Part shown: positions 1-14,283 of the stretch, piece after piece | How positions within the stretch are numbered: position 1 is the stretch's first letter | Layout: every line of letters starts with the position of its first letter | From: Raillietiella orientalis | Lineage: Eukaryota | Assembly: GCA_036172245.1 (NCBI GenBank) | Contig: JAYWIR010000033.1 | Coordinates: 1,488,001 to 1,552,000 of the forward strand | Direction: 5' to 3' | Length of the DNA: 64,000 nucleotides | Notes under the pieces: model-generated | What the model saw: the letters and a program-made list of their open reading frames with translations, nothing else | Database searches by the model: none | Told to the model about the DNA's origin: nothing | Program-made: the position numbers and the translations under genes

Positions 1-1490
1 GGGGGAGGGGAGTGCTGGGAAGGGATCACTGTTCGCCCCGAGTGGTCCTCTGCATCCTGTTCAGGATGCGGACAAGTGCTGGACATAATGGATCCGACTG
101 GTTCCTTCCTTTATCTCGGCAGGAATAGCCAGCCATTGTTGCTGCTACAAGACTGATGGTTCGTCGCCGATGCGAACGCCCAGATAGTTGACTTGGTCCT
201 CAGCCTCTTGGTTGGGAGTGAAGGCCGGTACTCCACGGCGAGCAGACGGGACTTGCTGGGATTCGCCTTGAGGCCGAGTGCGCGCTCCAAGGCTTGCATG
301 ATGTCCATGAACGCCTCCTGGTCCCGCTCGTCCGCCATCACCGAGAGCAGGTCGTCCAGGTGTAGACCAGGTGCATGATGGTTTCCTCTTCCAGGATGAC
401 GTTCCTTAGTCGACTCTCGTTGGTGACCAAGGCGCTCACCGCCTCCATGTACACCACGAGGAGCACGGGGCTCAGGGCATTCCCCTGCCCCACTCCTCTT
501 CCCATCTCGATCTTCTGCTACGTTAGTCCGTTCACGCTGCCATCACGGAGCCCATGATGGTGAAGTTGACCTCGGCCATAGAGTGAGCTAAGAATTTCCC
601 CTGGAAGTCCAGCTTACACAGGAGTGGTCGTCCACCTAATCGAAGACCTTCTCTAGGTCGATGAAGCCCAGAACCAGGTCGTTCCCTAGGGCACGATTGT
701 ATCCCTAGATGGCTTGGACGCACTTGATGTGTTCCTCATGTGTCTGTCTGGGGAGGCATACGTCTGCGTGGGAGAACCCCCGACTTCAGCGATTTCTTCA
801 GCCTCACCCACTTCGTATCCGAATTCATGATGGACATGGCCTTCACTGGGTGACAGTGAGAAGGTTCCCTCTGCCCTTTGGGAGCAGCCTCATCCTACCT
901 CGGTGGAAGGAGGAGGGCAGTCGTCCTTCTCTGATCCCGCATTCCAGCAGTTGACGTAACAGGCGCAGGTAGGCGGGCAGGTGCCTCTGATAGTGCGTAA
1001 CGGGAGCGCCGTCGGAGCCCGCCTCCACGTCCTCATGCAGTCCGTCGAACGCTGTCTTGACCTTTCCGCGGTGAAGAAGTCTTCGTCCATCTGTTGCTGT
1101 TTGTGGGAGACCAGGCATTTCTTCACGTTGCGGAGGATCCGCTCCTGGCTTCCAGGATCCAGAATTTTCTTGCTGAACAGCTCAGACTAGTGATGCTGGA
1201 AGGCATCCAGTACTTGATCCGGGATTCTGCAGTCTTGATCCTTGTAGCAGATCTGGAAGATATCCATCGAATGATTCCGCTTTTCAAGTCGTGCGGGTCT
1301 TTCTTCACACTCTTGTCGAAGAGCCTCTAGTACTCTTCCCAGTATTCAGGTTGGTAAATCTCTCTGTATGCTTCTTCTCGGAGGATCCTGTAGCCGTAAT
1401 GAAGGTCCGAAAAGTGACGGATCGTATGCTTGAGGGTGTCCTAGTCGTCTACGCGCAAGTCGACCCGCACCATCTCGCGGCGTGACTATG
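1..1490 (-). mobile_element. Degenerate non-LTR retrotransposon ORF2 (L1/Tx1-like), RT region, frameshifted
   Basis: Minus-strand fragments occur in correct RT order across frames: GRMRLLPKGRGNLLTVTQ(WRP) ~ ITLIPK..WRPI; KLDFQGKF ~ LDFEKAFD; GVGQGNALSPVLLVVYMEA ~ GVRQGCPLSPLLF; LDD ~ YADD; LERALGLKANPSKS ~ SGLKVNxxKS; YLGVR. Many stops and frameshifts. Confidence 0.85.
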
Positions 1491-2621
1491 AACGAACTAG
1501 CTTCTTCCCTCCGAGAGGAAAGTGCGCGCGATCCGGACTGCTTCCTCTTCCTGCTTTTTTCCCAGCTGGGTCGGCGACGGGGAAATCTCTCCTAAGTACT
1601 GCTTCCTTTTCAGGGGGATGCGAGGGAGGGGGGAGGACCCTTGCGATGACCTCTCGTCGCGCCACTTCCCACCCACGCGCGCGCGCTCTCGCGGCCAGGA
1701 ATTTCCCACGGAATTTTCACGCACCTCGCGTCCTCCTCCGCGGAGGCTTCATCGCGATTCTTAGACAAAAAAAAAAGGGCGTCTCTCTACCAGTGACCAC
1801 TCGGCCGATGCGAACGAGGGGTGCCCTCCGGGCACGGCTGTGCAGCGAAATTCAAACGGACCAATAGGATAACTCGAGCCCGGACTGGCGGCCAATCGGG
1901 GGAGAGGAGACTCCTGCCCCGTGAGGCTGAGTCCCAGTTGACCAGGAGTCCGGGCCAAGCAGCAGCCCGGGGGAAGGGCTGGGTTGCCCTCCTTCCTCCT
2001 CCGCCCCCAAGTCCAGGATTTCCGCCACCCCGCCCTACCCCTTCGCCCCATCAGGATTCCATCTCCGTCCCCATCTTCGGTTTCGGCTTTCGCCTTTTCC
2101 CCCTTTCTTCCCCTCGTCCCCTGTCCCCTCAGGACGGGCGAACCGGAGCCGGCTGCCTCACCTCCGCACGTGCACCCCCGCTCGCCTCCGCACAACCGGC
2201 GCCGCGGAAGCGCAGGTCGTTAGGCGGGCGACCTGGGCGAGTATCGATTTCCCTAATGCGGGGCGGGGAGGCACGCGGGGTTTCGCTTGCCAGGGAAGAG
2301 CGGTCGGGATGGTCCCCCGCCAGCGAGCCAGGCGGGCGTCGGAGCAACCTGCGACCTCGGAGTCAGGATGGCTGGCCACCCAGGCTCCGTTCACAGGGAG
2401 ACTCCGGAGCAAATTGGGCGTTTAAACGCGTTTTACGACGTTCGGAAACGGAGGGAACCTGGAGGAGGCGGACATCGCTTCGGAACCCGGCAGCGGAGGG
2501 AGTGGGGGAGACCTGGAGCCAGCGGCCCGTCACGATCGAAGATGGCGGTCCCCGTTGTATTCCAAGGAGACGGCGAATAGCGAGTATGTGGGTGCGCGCA
2601 CATGCGTGTGATGCGCATGGA

Positions 2622-2622
<1 letters not shown>

Positions 2623-2660
<38 letters not shown>
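2623..2660. repeat. (GT)n microsatellite
   Basis: Direct reading: gtgtgtgt gtatatgtgt gtgtgtgtgt gtgtgtgtgt. Confidence 0.95.
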
Positions 2661-2661
<1 letters not shown>

Positions 2662-5600
2662 GCCTGCAATGTTGCAGGGCTGACTCACTGTGTGCGGCGG
2701 GGAATATGATGGGATCTTTCAACGTGTGTGATTTATGCCGTCTAAACCGATGTTGCTCGTTAGGCCATCAACACGGTTGCCCGGGCACAAGACGACTGCG
2801 TATCGGCGCGAGCGCGTACCTCTCGCACACTCGTCCGTGTAAACCAAACGCATATGTTCTGAATACAGATGAACATAACACCAGCATGCAAAAGCAAAAA
2901 AATAACTAAATAAATAAACACAATCACGTGTAGTCACACCAGCGAATTTCGCTTCACGAAAACGACGCGGCCCGTTGCCACGCAACGTTCGCAAACAACC
3001 GCCAGTGACGTATTTTGATTTCCTGCTGCTGCCGCTAATTTATGCCCCTCAAATTGTTCCTCGTTAGTCCGCTAACCGAGTTATCTGAGTAACCCGGGGA
3101 GCTGGGGCAAAGGTCCGTTGCCATGCCTGCGATTCATCTGCACACACACTTTGTACACGTAACTTTGCTGTTGAAAAAAGGGAAATGTGCATGCGTGGTG
3201 ATCACATGAGTGAATGGCGCTTCACCGGGCGGAGAAGCGCTGCTACGCAACGTCGTAAACAGCTGCTAGGAACGTGTTTTGATCCACGTGTTCGCCACGG
3301 CATCTCTGGTCATCATCACCTCTGGTCACCAGGATCGCTGCACCTTCCTGCATAATCGCGTAGGTTGACACCCACGGGAAACAGAAAACAAAAAATGCAG
3401 TGCACCTGGAAACGTGTGTGTGCAGCCAGTCTCACTTCCGGCGTGCCTGGTCCACCTGTGGTGCATCCCCATCGGTGACTTCACCTGTGACCAGGCTTCG
3501 GAACCCTCGGGAAAGGCAACGAAGAAAAAAATCCTCGGGGCTTCGGTGCACTCCATTTTCGGGAACTTTCCGTTGGCCTTTGCACGGTTCGGCGCTTCCG
3601 TTCCGAAGCGCCATCTCCCATTTGCGCCCGCAAGTGACCGACCCGCCGGTCCAGAAGGCTGCCGACATGCGGCGAGCGGGATGGCGGGCGGGATCGGTTC
3701 CTGGAAAGGAAGACCGACTGCTGCTCCCTTGCTGTTACGCCATCGTATAAGTCGGGAGGGAATGGGTGCAAATTGCTTTCCTCCCGGGGCTCCCAGCGGT
3801 TCCACCGAGTCGCGACGTGCATTAACACCGCTTGCGTAACCCAAGCCTACTCGTAATAGCCACTTAATGAATTGGGCTATGGAGGAAGCACCTCGAAGTG
3901 CCTTTTACGATTCCTGATGAGGAGGAACGGACAGACTTCCTGCCTTCCCGTCTTTCCCCAAGCACCTGCAGGTCCCGCGTGCGTCATCCAAGGGTAAAAG
4001 CGCGGCCTCCGTGGCCGCCGCGCAAGTTTCTCGGTGGAGGATAAAACGACTGAGACCTCACGCCTTCTTTCCCGACCCCCCTTCATGCGGGAACCTCGGC
4101 TGCCTCCGGTGGAAACTTTGCTCTGCATTTCCGTGGGTGGGACTTTCAAGTTGGTTCGAGGCGGTGAACACACGGGTCCTTCCCCGTTGGTTCCCAGGGT
4201 CGTGCCTGCATCGGGCACGCGGAAGGGAGCGACACCGTCCGGTCGCTCCGGGGTTTCCAATGACCCTCATTGGAAGCCAGACTGCAGTCTCCCCCTCCGT
4301 CCAAGAACAGGCGAAGAGCTCGGAGAAGGCGCTCCGGACCTCTCTGCCTTTGCTCGCGTGCGGCCGTCGGAACATCGCGGCGCTCTGTGTTCGCGGAGGA
4401 GCCGCCGCGCCGGCACTCCCTTCACCGACGTCCGCCCTGCTTTTCGGATCAGAGGTGAGTGCGGAAGAACGCGTGCGACCGCGGGTTCCAGCCCCTTCCT
4501 CGGAGTCGCACTGCTGCGAAGGTGTCCCACCCTGGCGCCGCCGCCATCGATGGGGAGTTCCATCAATGCTCTCTGGTAGAAGGGGGGAGGGGAGGAAAAA
4601 ACGGCGGGGTCGCTACATACCACTGCAAACGCCACCTCCACGATCGGCCGCTACCCAAACGAAGCTCCTTGCCATCTCTCGTACGTCACCGTGGCTTCGA
4701 TTCCTCTGTGCTAACCCAGGGGCACTAGTCGAGCTGGTCAGCAGAGATGCCCGGACGACGGATCTTCCTCGCTCGAGGTGTCTCTCCTGCCGGCCGTCTC
4801 TCTGGGCGAACCTCCGGGATGCTGGAAGGAGCGCTCCTTCTTCTCTCAAGTGCAGCTGCCGTCGCCGGAGAGTGATGCACTGCGTCCCATTCGAGCCAGC
4901 GGGTCCGATTCCCCTGACGGAATGCCCTCCCGCGGCGCCCGAGAAAAGCTCGCCGGTTCTTTACCCAGGAAGCGGTCGGCACCCGACTTTTCGCGGACTG
5001 CGAACGGACAGAAGAAGGGTCGCGGAAGGATGGCGGTGGGGAAACGCGAGCCCGAAAGGGCAGCTCGAGGCGAGAGTACGCCACGACCCTCCTATTTTTC
5101 TCAGGCCGTTCTCTTCGCTCTCCCTTCCCTTCCATCCCCACCCCCCTTTTTTCTCCCTGGATACACGCGTGCTGTCTGCTTACGAGGTTTCGATCGCACG
5201 AGTGCACACATGCGCTGCATGCGTCCACGTCTGCACGCATCGGCAGCGCACGCGTCTCGTGAAGGAAGTTCGACGCAGCTACGGACACTTGGATGCCCCC
5301 AAGGCAAGAGATTCGCTCTTGGACAGAAGCGTTCTTTCGTAGGATGCGGGTGGCACACAGGCTCCCGGCCAAGGAGCCGACTAAGGTGAATTTGCAGCTC
5401 TGAAGGTAACTAGGGTTCTCTCTAGGAACGCGGAGCGTCGGGAAGGGTCAGCGTGAATGAGGTGGCAGCTACGTTGACGAGGGGTAGAGGAAGGAGGACG
5501 TCCCTTTTGGAGGAATGGAGAAAAGTCTGTGTCTTTCCCGAAAGAAAACCAAACTCTCTACTTCGCCTGCCTGCCTTCCTTCATAGAGGGAAAGTCTACT

Positions 5601-6609
5601 CTATCTAGTGGCGAAAATCGAAACTACTATATCTACCTGCGAATGGAGGCAGAGAGTGCTGGAGTGCTCCCGAACCCGACATGCAGAAGAAACCCGCGGT
5701 TTGGATCAGAAAACGGAAAAGAAATGAGATGAGACGTTCTTCGCTAGGAAGGAAGGCTCTCAAGGTAGCATCTTGCGGCAGGCATTCCCTCCGCTTTGTC
5801 GGCGAATTTCGGATTCCGAGATTCCAGAGTTGGGCAGAGTGCCGCCTCCCTGTCCCGAGCATGGGTGGTACGGTAGCACGCCTCCCGGGAACGACGGGGG
5901 CGCCCTGCTGGAGAAACTGGCCCCCCGAGAGAGCCACGAAAGAGGCTCTGGAAACAGTTCCTGTGGTCTGCAAAGGGAACCACGAAGCGACGATTCAGGA
6001 CCGATTCCTGCAACCCATCCCGCGACCCAGGGCTGAGGAAGGAAAGAGGAGCTCCTCCGGCCCCTCCTCGAAGTTGCGATCAGCGCCGACTTGGTAAGGT
6101 CGCTCGGCCCTGGCAAAGCCTATGAAGCCGTCGCTTCCGTGAACTGCCGCGTGGGACCGTAAGCGCCCGGCTCGAAGACGGAAGTGGAGACTTCTGCCCC
6201 GTGCAATGCGGTATGAGAGCGCGGCGCTGTGGCAGGCGAACGGATCTCCGTGGCTCTCCGGATCTAAAGGAGCGAGGGAGGGACAGTGCTGGATCTAGGC
6301 GCGCCCCGTCCACCCGCCTGCAAACCTCAGAACCATTCCCCCAAAAGTCATCCATACAGCTCTTCGACAGCACCGCAAGAGGAGGCGTTCAGCGAACGGG
6401 ACGATCTCACTCAAGAAAGGAGAAAGGAGAGAAAGGAGACGGGCGTTGCCCGTCCACCCAACCCTCCGCACATCCACCTCCGCCTCCCACGCATTCCATG
6501 GCTCACGCGCATTCCCGATTTTCCTTGCGCTGTGCTGGCTCCGTGCCCCTCCACGACTCTAAGGCTCGTCCGGCGCCGGCTTCCGACGCCAGGGGGACAC
6601 GGCATCAGA

Positions 6610-7000
6610 GCTGCTACGTGGGGTCTTTACGAGCAGCCGATGGCGGTTTCTGCCTGCATCTTTGTTGCGCCCACGGAATCGACACAGCGAGCATGCAAAT
6701 GGCGGGAGAGGAATCGATCCCCTCGAGGCAGCCGGTCCTCTCAGGGGGTTTACCTAGGAGTAGCTGGCGCTTGCTGAAGCGGAAGGAGAGCGGAGCGACC
6801 TTTTGGTACCAAATGAACCTTGACGCGTCCTCGTACTTGAAATGCTTGAACGCTGAAGCTTTCACTTCCAGCTTCACAAGAGACCCCAGCGAGTCCATCC
6901 TGCTCTGGCACCGTGGGATGATGGACCCAACGCTGGACTCGACGCTCATTGCATCTCATGGAAGGAGGTTGGTTGCCATGGACGGTGGCAAGCACGGAAG
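6610..7000 (-). mobile_element. Possible L1/Tx1-like ORF2 fragment (post-RT region)
   Basis: RFIWYQKVAPLSFRFSKRQLLLGKPPERTG resembles the FIW...K..GGL segment that follows L1-clade RT. Weak. Confidence 0.35.
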
Positions 7001-7449
7001 TCGGAATTTTCTAGGGACGCATGCAGCGTAACTCGGATGCAGAAGCAACCGGCCCCAAAGAGAATCCACCCGTCGACTAAATCTCCAAATGAAGAGGGCT
7101 GCTCCCGTCTTCCGGCGTTCCTTCGTCGAGAGACGGCAGCAGGGTCACTACCACAAAAGGTTCGGCCGCAGAAGGGTTTGGTGGCGAGCTCACTAAACTC
7201 CACTGTCGGCGCAGATGTTGCTGGCGGTGATGAATGTACCATCAAGGTCCCAGAGACCCGTTGAGAAGCGGGGCGCAACGACAGCAGCCTTCGAGAGTGT
7301 TCCAGTCGATCCCACGTCTCTGGAGAAACGGCAAGCAAGCGAGGGAAATCTCACTTCTCCCGTCGTGCCCTCAGTGAAGAGATCCTCGCAATTATCCCAC
7401 CCACAAGACATGACCAAGGATTAACTTGAGCCACACCTCCAATCGTATG

Positions 7450-8520
7450 CTTAGAAGGTAAGGGAACCTCAAATAGGAATCTTCCATCCTTGAACCATAT
7501 TTTGCCCCTCTCTCCCTCTTTGTGTGGTTTCGAACTCGCGAAGCGCTGCGAGAGCAGCCTGCTCGAAGGAGCCACATCTCCCATCTCTGTTCGTGTGCTC
7601 CGGAGATCATGTGGGGGGCATACGCGGTCCTGACCAAGCTCAGGGATCGGGAAAAAACACGCGATGCGAGCGAGGAGGAACGTGTCCGTCTGCGATCTAG
7701 CAGATGCGCTCGTAAGGTCGCTGATGGAGGTGGTAAGCAGTCAGTGAAAGATCCCTTGGGCGTCGTCCAGAGTCCTGGTCGAAATGTTGCCCTCCTCCTA
7801 GTAATTGCGACACTGGCAAGGTGGGAAATGCCCTGCTGCATTGCAGCATGACTCTCAGTGGGTGTACGACACGGGAGCTGACGGAAGCTCCCAGTGTTCC
7901 ACCCAAAGAACTGATACACTAGATCTTCTTGAAGTTCCTCCAGAAGATCTGGTGCTGCTCGCTGTCATTGCGGGCAGCTTAAAGAGGCAGGAGTCGGCGT
8001 TGGTTCACCTTGAATTGGAGTGTCTCGTGCAAAACATGACTTCACCACAGGACAAGAGAGAGAGTGGACCCCAGTAGTGCCAGGTGCAGGGAAAAAAAGA
8101 CCGTCCCTCCTCTGCTTCTTGACTGTTGCTCTCTGGTTACTATGGGAACGTCCATCGGAGACCCTCGGGATCCCGTCGGGCGACTTCGGGGACATGGAAA
8201 AGACCTCTCCGCGAGGGATGCGCTGCTACCATCCGCATGCCTAGCGGCTCTTTGCCACCTACGCAGGGTGACGGTGGACCTGGAACGCCACAGGAAGTGG
8301 ATAAAGTGGAAAGGACCCCATACGCTTTGCAAAAACCATCTTGAGGATCTCAGCAAGACCCGCGTTTATCTACCTAGCTTAGGCGACAAACGCAGTGAAC
8401 TTGCTAACGTCCTGGACTCGATGCTGAGGACGCCCGGAGGCGGCGAACTCCCCAAAAGAAAAAAAGAAAAAAAACTCTCCCGTCCCCTTTTGTTTATTTT
8501 TTTTCTTTCTTTTTTGTTTG
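7450..8520 (+). mobile_element. L1/Tx1-like ORF2 3' remnant (copy A of a family also at ~46 kb and ~48 kb)
   Basis: 7813-7915 (ggcaaggtgggaaatgccctgc...acgggagctgac...cagtgttccacccaaagaact) is similar to 46177-46290 and 48469-48580 (peptides LARWEMPC / LPARWNVTC / LPARWEVTC). It ends in an A-rich then T-rich tract at 8450-8520. Confidence 0.6.
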
Positions 8521-8649
8521 GTTCATCCCTTTCTCCTCGCTTACGAAGCGAACCTCGCCGGTCTTCGTACCAGCAACAAGGCAGGTTTCATTCCTCTCTC
8601 TGTCTCTCTCTCTCTCTTAGGACGTAGTAGCACCAAGATGTCTACCACA

Positions 8650-9640
8650 ATTTATTATCTTTTCAATAAGTGCTCCGGTGAATCCGGGTGAAAAAAACCC
8701 AAGTGCAGTTCAAGCGCCGCATGCTTCTGGTGCAGTCTTGCGGCTGTGAAGTCCCCGGCACGGCCGGGTGTCAGCCTGGTTGTGCAAGGAGGCGCGACCT
8801 TCTATGGACATCACCATTTGGAGAGACTTGCTGGTTCCCTTGGCTCACTCTTTTACGATTTGAACGATTTTTGCCTCGAAGCATTCCGTGCAGGGAACTT
8901 GGAGCCACCGACAAGTGACGGCATCTTCGCTCATGGAACATCGCAGCGTGAGGTTTGAGGAGTGCAGTGACCAATCGGATGCTCGGCATTTCTCCGAATT
9001 TCTGCGGTGCGAAACTCTGCATTCCGTCTTCGTATATGCATCTATACCACTTGGTTTCGTGCAGCCACTGGATCACAAGGAGGCAGAGTGTTTGGGTCAT
9101 GCAGGGCTGCTCGGAAACACGAGCATACATGCAAGTAGAATGCTGAGCGTGCTTCTGCCGCCGAGAAGCGCAGCTGGCGTCCCTGCAAAAGGAACTTCCC
9201 AGAGTCTGCAAAGAAACGGAAACTACGAGCGAGTTCGAAGATCAGAAGCACGTCTTCTAGGGCATTCTTCGCTGACACAGGATGTGACACAAGACGCTGG
9301 ACAGGGAGTTCCTCAGGGAGGCCGCGTTACGCTCTCTCGTGACAACCAGAAATGAAAGATGGGGAGAACCTTCCAGCAGAGCTCGAAAAGACCAAAATAC
9401 GGACCCCAGGGAGGTTCGAAGAATCGAGAGTCCCTGCCGTACCCTTTTTTTTTTTCTTCAAACTTTTCGTCCCGCCTTTTCGGGCACAGTAGAAAAGCTT
9501 TTGAGAAGTGAGTTGTTCTCACTGGTCCAGAAAATAGGCCACCCAACCTTGCGAGGTGCCACATTATCCACGCTGCATTGTATTATCAAGAGCCTCAATC
9601 CAGACGACTTCGCAACTTTTGGATTGGCATTGCATTGATA
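8650..9640 (+). mobile_element. Possible decayed LINE fragments (APE-like and 3'-end-like)
   Basis: ATFYGHHHLERL...PPTSDG loosely recalls the APE T.....RLD...SDH motifs. Sequence is heavily interrupted. Confidence 0.25.
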
Positions 9641-12600
9641 GAAGACCATAGAAAGAAAACAACATGCGGGATTTTGAGGATGGATTCAAGCAAGCTTCTT
9701 TTTTTCAAAGAGGAATCTGATCACTGACCAGCTTATCGTTTATGACCCTTGAGGAACGGCGTCAATCCTTTGGGCAAGAATTCTATGATTGCTTGGACCT
9801 TGCAATGCCGTGTTTGGACACAAGACGGCACCGTCCCAGGCAGGTCGTAGATGCTAAATGAAATGTTGCTTTGGTTAAATGAGGAAGGCTAATTTCCGAG
9901 TGTCCGTCCAGAACACATCAGAGGGTTGCATTGCCTTTAATTTGATTCAGAGCTCTTTTGAAAAACATCAGGAAAGGACGTGACTGGGAAAGACTTGCTG
10001 TTCAACACACAGGGAACCAGAATGTTCTAGATGTCGTATTAGACATCCTATTCAGGATTATATGAGCCGCAACAGATCAAAAAAAGATACAAATGGCAAC
10101 GGGAAAACAAATAAAATGGACCGCCAGCATGTGTTGCAAGCAGTGTTTATGGTTCCAAGTGGATGGGAAACATGGCTAAATGCTAAGACTAGAAGTGGAG
10201 CAGACATTCGCATGAATTTTTCGATATCAAACATGGATACGGGAAAAATGAGCAGCTTGCTTCCATGATTGGAAATGAAAAGGAAAAAAAAAAAAAGACT
10301 GCATTGCATCTGTGCAGGCATGGCAAATTTTTGATTCTTTGAAAAAGTAAATACTTAGCTGCAAACATATGTCGGAGTAAGCAACCAATGTAAACATATT
10401 TACAAAATATACATTGTTATGTCATTTACATACGGATATAACTAAACACTTTGGTATAAATATGTATATGTTATATTCAAGTTGAAGTTGTGTTAAGAGA
10501 TTTTCTGCACTTGTAAATCGATCACGCACTTGACGCAGTTTGAATTTTATTTCAGTTACTTCATCATTTTGTTCAGACAGCTTCCATCTTATTTCAAGTA
10601 GAAATTTGCCCACAACTTCCAGGCCAACAACCAAATGCTGCAGTTTCATTCGGGCTTTACGTGAATTTCCTCAAAGTTCATTTGTATACATTATACACCG
10701 ATGTGAAAATGCAAATATGTATGTCCACATTGACATTCAATGTTGTATAAATGCGTACTGACATACACATATGAGCTAAGTATGAAGAAATCTGACACCA
10801 CTTACGATTCCATGCATATCCTGTTGATATGTCACATATATTACTATTGAAAGTACATCTGTACTTACCTTCGTGTCTGCTTGCTTACTTGTGCACCGAC
10901 AAAAGTGTCGATGTATATTTCGTAAATAAGGATGCTTATCTTTTACAAGTTTCTTGCATGCGTTATACATCGCACAAGATGAGTGTGTACGATAATTATG
11001 CATATGCACCCTCGCTTGTGTACGTTTCGATCAGTTTTCATGATTGTAACTTTCCGTTGGCTCCTGGGACAGTTTGCATTGCAGCTTAGGACTTTCCTGC
11101 TTGAGTATCCGGTTTCGCAACAGATGCACCCAAGCACAAGATACTAAAAGCTGGTCCTCCATACATGCTGGATGTTTCATCAAATAGAGAAGGGAAGCGC
11201 CGGAAAAAATGCTCCATTCCTCGCCATATTCTATCACAGCGTAAGATGAATGAAATCCACTATTGACGAGTCCACGGTAGTTGCGCGTGGAAGGAAGTTG
11301 CGTTTCCGCTCATTTAGGGATTATGGAGGGGAAAAAAGTAATAATTATTATGTACGTAAGTTACACGAAATCGTAGTTTGGAGTATGTCGATGGTGTCGT
11401 GCGTGCACAAATCGCTGAGCTGAGCTGACGGTGAATAATAAGTTTTCCTTTGTAGCATAGTAGCTTATCAGTAGTAATCACTTGAGTAATCCTGGTGTTG
11501 CATATGAATGCTTTCACGGTGTCCTCCGCGGTGGACTGCCCGTGTATCTCTCTCTCTAATCCAGCAAAGTGTTTCCTTTTTCCGATTAAAAGTTACACAA
11601 CAGCCCAATCCGGCACGGAGGATGCCATGGAGAGCGCTGGTCGCCAGGCAAAATTGTGAATTCCGTGAAAGTGCTGCGTTGACTCTGTGAATCAGTGGTA
11701 ATCATTCCATTGTTGCATGTTTGATGATGTCCGGTCCATTTTTCACAGCGTGTAAAAAATGCATGGGAAGCTCTCGCATTGCATTGCAAGAGAAAAACAA
11801 ACAAACAAACAAACAGAGGCTGCATTAAGCACTTGTTTCATTGAATAAGCAAAAATTAACCCAGGATTAAGCAGTGCCTTCACAGAGGAAAAACGTTTGC
11901 AAGCATTTCGTTTGTTCCAATTTGAAAAAATTCAACTTGATTTTCTTTCTTTTTTTTTTTTTTTTTTTTTTAATGACTTGGCAAAAATTAGCTGTGTTTG
12001 TACTCTTGTTTATTTCAAAGTCTGGTTGAGTAACTGTGATTTTTCTGAACAGTTGATGGTAAATATTTTGGGGGAATGTAAAGCATTTGAAAAGTCAGGA
12101 AGCTTTGAGCAACTTATCATCCAAATGGTTTTGACAATATTTGCAGGTTTATGTGTAACGTTTGCCAACAGTATTTGTTTATTAGAATATGTGGCCAAAA
12201 GATATTTCTAAAAGTCCTTCGTCCGACGTGCAATTTTTGAACTATTTGTTTGAGATTAATTTAAAAGTTTTGACACTTGTCGCCATTTTTTCAAGTGCAA
12301 AATATCCGGTGTTCGTTTTTCTTTCGTAAATCTCCCAGTTATCTGCACAAACCCGCATGCTGATACTACTTCCCCTTTCTGAATAAGTTTTTTGGTTTCG
12401 AGTTTCGTATTTTATGAAAAAATCAGAAATGGAACAAAGAGATGGTTCACAACGCTTTTTAGATCATGCAGTGATGAGTTATTTGGGCGATGTATAATTT
12501 ATGTGTGCATTCCCAGTTCAAACAAAGCAAATACAATTTATTTATCATTGTTATTTTGGTTTGTAGAAATTTCCGATTTTTTGTGGACTTCTGATCCATA

Positions 12601-14283
12601 TTTATATGGTAAAATTTTTCATCCTAGACACCAGCATTTGTTTTTGCCTTGTGTCTTTGTGGTTGCATGCATTTATTATGTTAACTATTCACAGATTCAA
12701 ACTACCATGCATGTAAACTCTTATCGAATTATTTTCATTTAATCATTTCGTGCATCAGCCAGGCGAATTTTAAATTAATTTCCATATTCGTTTGTGTAAC
12801 TTATCGCAAAACTTGAATATTATTTGAGATGATGATTTTTCGTATGTATCTATTATCCGTCAGAATATATACATCAGATATATACATCTACAACTTGTGC
12901 ATTTCATGAGTTTCTTAATTTCTGACAATTCCTTTGTTTTAGGAATGAAAGTGTGATATACATAAACAATGTATTTTAAAATATTTGGGTTTTTAAAGTG
13001 CGGTGATTCTAGATGCCTCTGGTGTAAAAATTTTCAGTTGGGCTGTTGATTGGCATTATTAACATACAATATGGTAATGCAGTACTGAGAGAAAGTGATT
13101 TTGAAATGATTCCTTAAATATGTTATGTTATGTCCGGAGGCTTATTATTGAACTCATAATCATTTGATAAATCATTTAAAAAAACGAAAACACAAAGTAG
13201 ATCAATAAGTGCAATGTCTGTAACGGAATACTGTCACAGTGCATTTTTTTCCCATATTCATTACTGTCTTGGGACTTCAACTATGTTAAACAATTAAAAA
13301 CAAAATCAGTCCATTTTTACGTCAATGTGTGACCTTAAATGCCTCGTAAAAACACTGTTAGAAACAATTGAAATGCATTTCAGTTCATTTATTCCTAGTA
13401 TCTAATTTATTATGTTTAAATTTTGTTCCTGTTGCCGTGTTGGTGTGTGTATTTCATTGCTGATTCACACCATTAAAAATAATCTCTACATACCTGTTCC
13501 ACAAATTTTGTAAAAAAAAGTTTACTGTTATATGATCTGAAGTCAGAACGTCAAAGAGAATTGTAAAGCATTATATTGACAATCCATTGGGTCTAATTCT
13601 TGATTCAGTTTGCACATTTAATTTGTTGAATGTTCTGTTGGTAAACTTCCTTCTCTAATTGAGGAACAGCAGTTTCAAATGCTATAATGGAAGGTTTATC
13701 CAGTGGTGTGCTCATCCAAGAATTCAGTATGATATTAATTTCCTTGATATACACCACTATTAGGATGATGAGTTTTCATAATTGCTAATGCTTTATTAAA
13801 AGACTTTCTTTTAAGTGGTATTCATGTCCCATTTTTGATCATTGGAAGTTCATTTCATATTTTGGGTTTATTTAGAAGACTATCCCATTGTTTCAAGCTA
13901 TTCACTTTTATCCAAAATATTTTCATCCTGTTAAACGGTTACTATGTATTCATTTGAGGTTTATTTATGGTGAAGGTATTTTTTTTTTAAATGTGCTGCT
14001 TTCTTATAAACATTTCAGATAATCAATAAAAGAAATAGACTGTTGTAGAAATTCTAATGGGAAAGTTCATTTTCAGTTTAATTAAGTCCTGAAAATTAAC
14101 ATTATAATTAAGTATATAAGTAAAATGTCCAAGATGTGCTTAAATAACTTCTCTTAAGTTGTGAATTCAAGGAAAGTATATGATCAAAGAAAATGGAGTA
14201 AATAAAAGGAATTTGAACCCTTGCTTTCAGTGTATTTCTGTGCATTCCACAGCTTGATTCTCTAAACATTTATTCACTGTTTA

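Noticed and set aside
1821..5389. Long ORFs 1821-2909 (362 aa) and 4011-5342 (443 aa)
   Set aside because: They are R/P/G/S-rich, overlap ORFs in other frames, and show no domain motifs. One runs through a GT microsatellite. This is expected in high-GC DNA.
12829..12926. Possible C/D snoRNA (TGATGA...CTGA) upstream of the PPP6R ATG exon
   Set aside because: There is no convincing terminal stem or recognisable rRNA antisense element. Such boxes arise by chance in AT-rich DNA.
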